DNA of 64,000 bases. It comes from an uncultured Gemmatimonadaceae bacterium. Its GTDB lineage: Bacteria; Gemmatimonadota; Gemmatimonadetes; Gemmatimonadales; Gemmatimonadaceae. Shown here piece after piece: positions 61,766 to 64,000 of the stretch. How positions within the stretch are numbered: the first letter of the stretch is position 1; every line of letters begins with the position of its first letter. The position numbers were made by a program, and so were the translations under genes. The notes under the pieces were generated by a model. It was not told the DNA's origin. It searched no databases and was given only the letters and a program-made list of their open reading frames with translations. The stretch covers positions 672,001 to 736,000 of the forward strand of contig CAWBOC010000009.1 in the NCBI GenBank assembly GCA_963790305.1, read 5' to 3'.

Positions 61766-64000
61766 TCAGTTCCTGGAGAAGCGGCCGAGCAGCGCTTCGA
61801 ATCGCGGGTCGCTGCGAAGGGGATCGAAGGTAGGATCCAGGCGCAGGAGCGGAACCGAGACTTCCCTACCCGCGGGCATCGCAAGCAGGATCTCGATCAG
61901 CTCGAGCGCCGCATCGACCTCGCCGAGCTGCGCGAAGATCTCGACCGCGCCGCCCATGTACGCCGTCGCGCCAGGGCTGTTGTCCGACACGGGGACGAGC
62001 TCCGTTGCCATGCGGGCTTCGCGCATCGCGTCGGCACGGCGGTGCAGTCCGGCGTACGCGAGGCCAAGCGCCACGCGGATTCCTGCGGCGCGCGGCTGGG
62101 CCGCGACACTGTCCTCGAGGAGCGCCCTCGCCTCTTCGTAGGCCGAGCGGGCTCGCGTGGTGTCACCCATTCGTTCGAGCGTCTGCGCTCGCAACAGGGA
62201 CACTGGGCGGTAGACGAGATTATCCCCAAGGATGGCCAAGTCGACGCTATCGAGGGATGCCAGCGCTTCGGCGTAGCGGCGCCTGATGTGATGCACGGTG
62301 TAGTGTCCGTATGGCGTCTGTCGCCCGGGATTGGGCCCGAGCGGAATCCGGCGTATGGCTGCCTCGAGCGAGTCGACATCACCTCGCCTGAGATAGTTGA
62401 AGCCCCGAATCATTTGAGGGAACTCATTGGCCGGATCGATGGCGATCACATGATCCCAGTGCGCGATCGACTCGTCGTACCGCCGCAGCCGTGCGTATGT
62501 GAGCGCGGCCTGAGCGTGGCCGCTCATGTCGCGCGGGTCGAGCCGGCTGGCGCGTTCGAACGCGCTCACCGCCTCTTCCCAGCGGCCGATCTGGCGCAGG
62601 CTGAGGCCGAGGAGGCGAAACAGGTGCGGGGCGTTCGGGCGACCCGTCACGGCGCGCTCCAGCTCACTGACCGCCTGCAGCTCATCGCCGCGGAGTGACC
62701 AATAGGTGGCGAGCGCCTCGTGGGCTTCCGGCATGCCAGGTTCCAGTCGGAGAGCGGCCTCCGCCTCGAGGCGTGCCTGGTCGCGCCGCGCGGTAGTCCG
62801 GTCGAATCGGGCGAGTGTGAGATGTGACATGGCGAGGCCCGCGCGCGGAGCGGCAAACTCGGGGTCGCTCTCCCGTGCTCGCGCGTGATACGACTGCGCG
62901 TGTTGAAGGCTTTCCACCTGTGGCCGAGTGAGATTCCGCGGCATACTGACATTGCCGGACCCGGTGCCGATCTGAGCGGCCCTCCCGCGCAGGTAAAGGT
63001 CGTACGCGTCCGCACTTGTCGTGGGAACGTGCATCAACACGGCGCGTTCGCTGCGCGTCAGGTCGAGGTCGAGGGCCGCGACGATCCCGTCCGTCGCGCT
63101 CCGCTGCAACGCGAGCACGGTGTTGACGGGGCCGCGATACTCGCGCGTCCAGACACGGCGGTTCTCACCCGCGTCGAACAGCTCGACCTGGAGCCGCACC
63201 TCGTCGCCCGTCCGCCTAACGCTACCGACGACGACCGCACCGGCGCCGAGCTCGTTGGCGATGTCCATGGTCCGCTTGCCAGAGGCGCGGTACTCCACTG
63301 CGGCCCACTGCGCGGGCACGGCGACCGCGCTCAGCCGTGACAGCCGGGTCGCGATCTCATCGGCGAGCGCTACGCCGAGGTAACGGGTGTCGTCGCTCGC
63401 GCCGGGGGTTTCGAACGGCAGCACCGCCACAATGCGAGGCTCGCCCGCTCCCGTTGCCGCTTCTGCCCCGAGCCGCCACGCCGCGATGATGCCAGCCGTC
63501 ACGACCAACGCGACCACCGAGGCCCACACACGTGGGCGCCGCGCGACTCCGGTGAGCGCGGAACGCCACCGACGCACGTTAGCCGGCGGCGACCGCGATT
63601 CCAGCCCGGTCAATTCGGCCGCAACGGCTTCTGCCGGCGCGCGGCGGTCGCGTGGGTGTCTTGCCAGCAGTCCCAGCACCAGGGCGTCCAGCGCGGGCGA
63701 GATGTCGGGCCGGAGCACCGACGGTCGAACGGGATCGTCGTGCACGATCGCGTGGGCGATCGCGATCTCGTGCTCGCCTTCGAATGGACGGCGGCCCGTC
63801 AACATCTCGTAGAGCAGCACACCCAGGGCCCAGAGGTCGGCGCGGCCGTCGACCTTCTCACCGCGAACCTGCTCAGGCGCCATGTAGGACACCGTACCCA
63901 CGGTGGCGTGTGACTTGGTCAGCGTCACATCTCCCACCCTCGCCACACCGAAATCGAGGATCTTCAGGCCGCCGTCAGAAAGGATGATCGCGTTCGCCGG
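61766..64000 (-). CDS. Ser/Thr protein kinase with TolB-like and TPR domains (5' end outside window)
   Basis: KILDFG, GTVSYMAPEQ, DLWALGV, VAVLPF, TPR repeats, LRLDPTFDPLRSDPRF. Confidence 0.92.
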   Translation of the reverse strand, partial: PANAIILSDGGLKILDFGVARVGDVTLTKSHATVGTVSYMAPEQVRGEKVDGRADLWALGVLLYEMLTGRRPFEGEHEIAIAHAIVHDDPVRPSVLRPDISPALDALVLGLLARHPRDRRAPAEAVAAELTGLESRSPPANVRRWRSALTGVARRPRVWASVVALVVTAGIIAAWRLGAEAATGAGEPRIVAVLPFETPGASDDTRYLGVALADEIATRLSRLSAVAVPAQWAAVEYRASGKRTMDIANELGAGAVVVGSVRRTGDEVRLQVELFDAGENRRVWTREYRGPVNTVLALQRSATDGIVAALDLDLTRSERAVLMHVPTTSADAYDLYLRGRAAQIGTGSGNVSMPRNLTRPQVESLQHAQSYHARARESDPEFAAPRAGLAMSHLTLARFDRTTARRDQARLEAEAALRLEPGMPEAHEALATYWSLRGDELQAVSELERAVTGRPNAPHLFRLLGLSLRQIGRWEEAVSAFERASRLDPRDMSGHAQAALTYARLRRYDESIAHWDHVIAIDPANEFPQMIRGFNYLRRGDVDSLEAAIRRIPLGPNPGRQTPYGHYTVHHIRRRYAEALASLDSVDLAILGDNLVYRPVSLLRAQTLERMGDTTRARSAYEEARALLEDSVAAQPRAAGIRVALGLAYAGLHRRADAMREARMATELVPVSDNSPGATAYMGGAVEIFAQLGEVDAALELIEILLAMPAGREVSVPLLRLDPTFDPLRSDPRFEALLGRFSRN

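Overview
GC-rich bacterial window; a Gemmatimonadota-like origin is inferred from gene content only. 1-22.9 kb is a + strand housekeeping block (ruvC, ruvA, TolC/MFP/RND efflux, aminotransferase, ruvB, GWxTD-type protein, queA, tgt, yajC, def, fmt, rsmB, PASTA protein, rpe, TlpA, CdaR-like, tsaD, lgt) with four intergenic palindromic repeat elements. At 22.9 kb a chromosomal integron begins. intI (22912-23922) is co-oriented with its array, and an attI-like site lies downstream of it (crossover about 24137). The array holds 26 full-length related attC sites of about 130-140 bp plus one 59-bp attC, and decays into half-sites from about 43 to 54 kb. It carries three toxin-antitoxin cassettes and many small hypothetical genes. 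It also contains a second diverged copy of the attI region (34903-35100), a family of ORF-less cassettes with conserved termini (one member holds a gene), and a composite cassette with an inactivated foreign attC inside. About half of the cores are GTTCTGC rather than GTTRRRY. The window ends with a hybrid histidine kinase/response regulator pair, small accessory genes, and an ECF sigma factor next to a partial Ser/Thr kinase-TPR gene. Many single-base frameshifts, including in fmt, suggest sequencing indels. All coordinates and alignments were made by eye.
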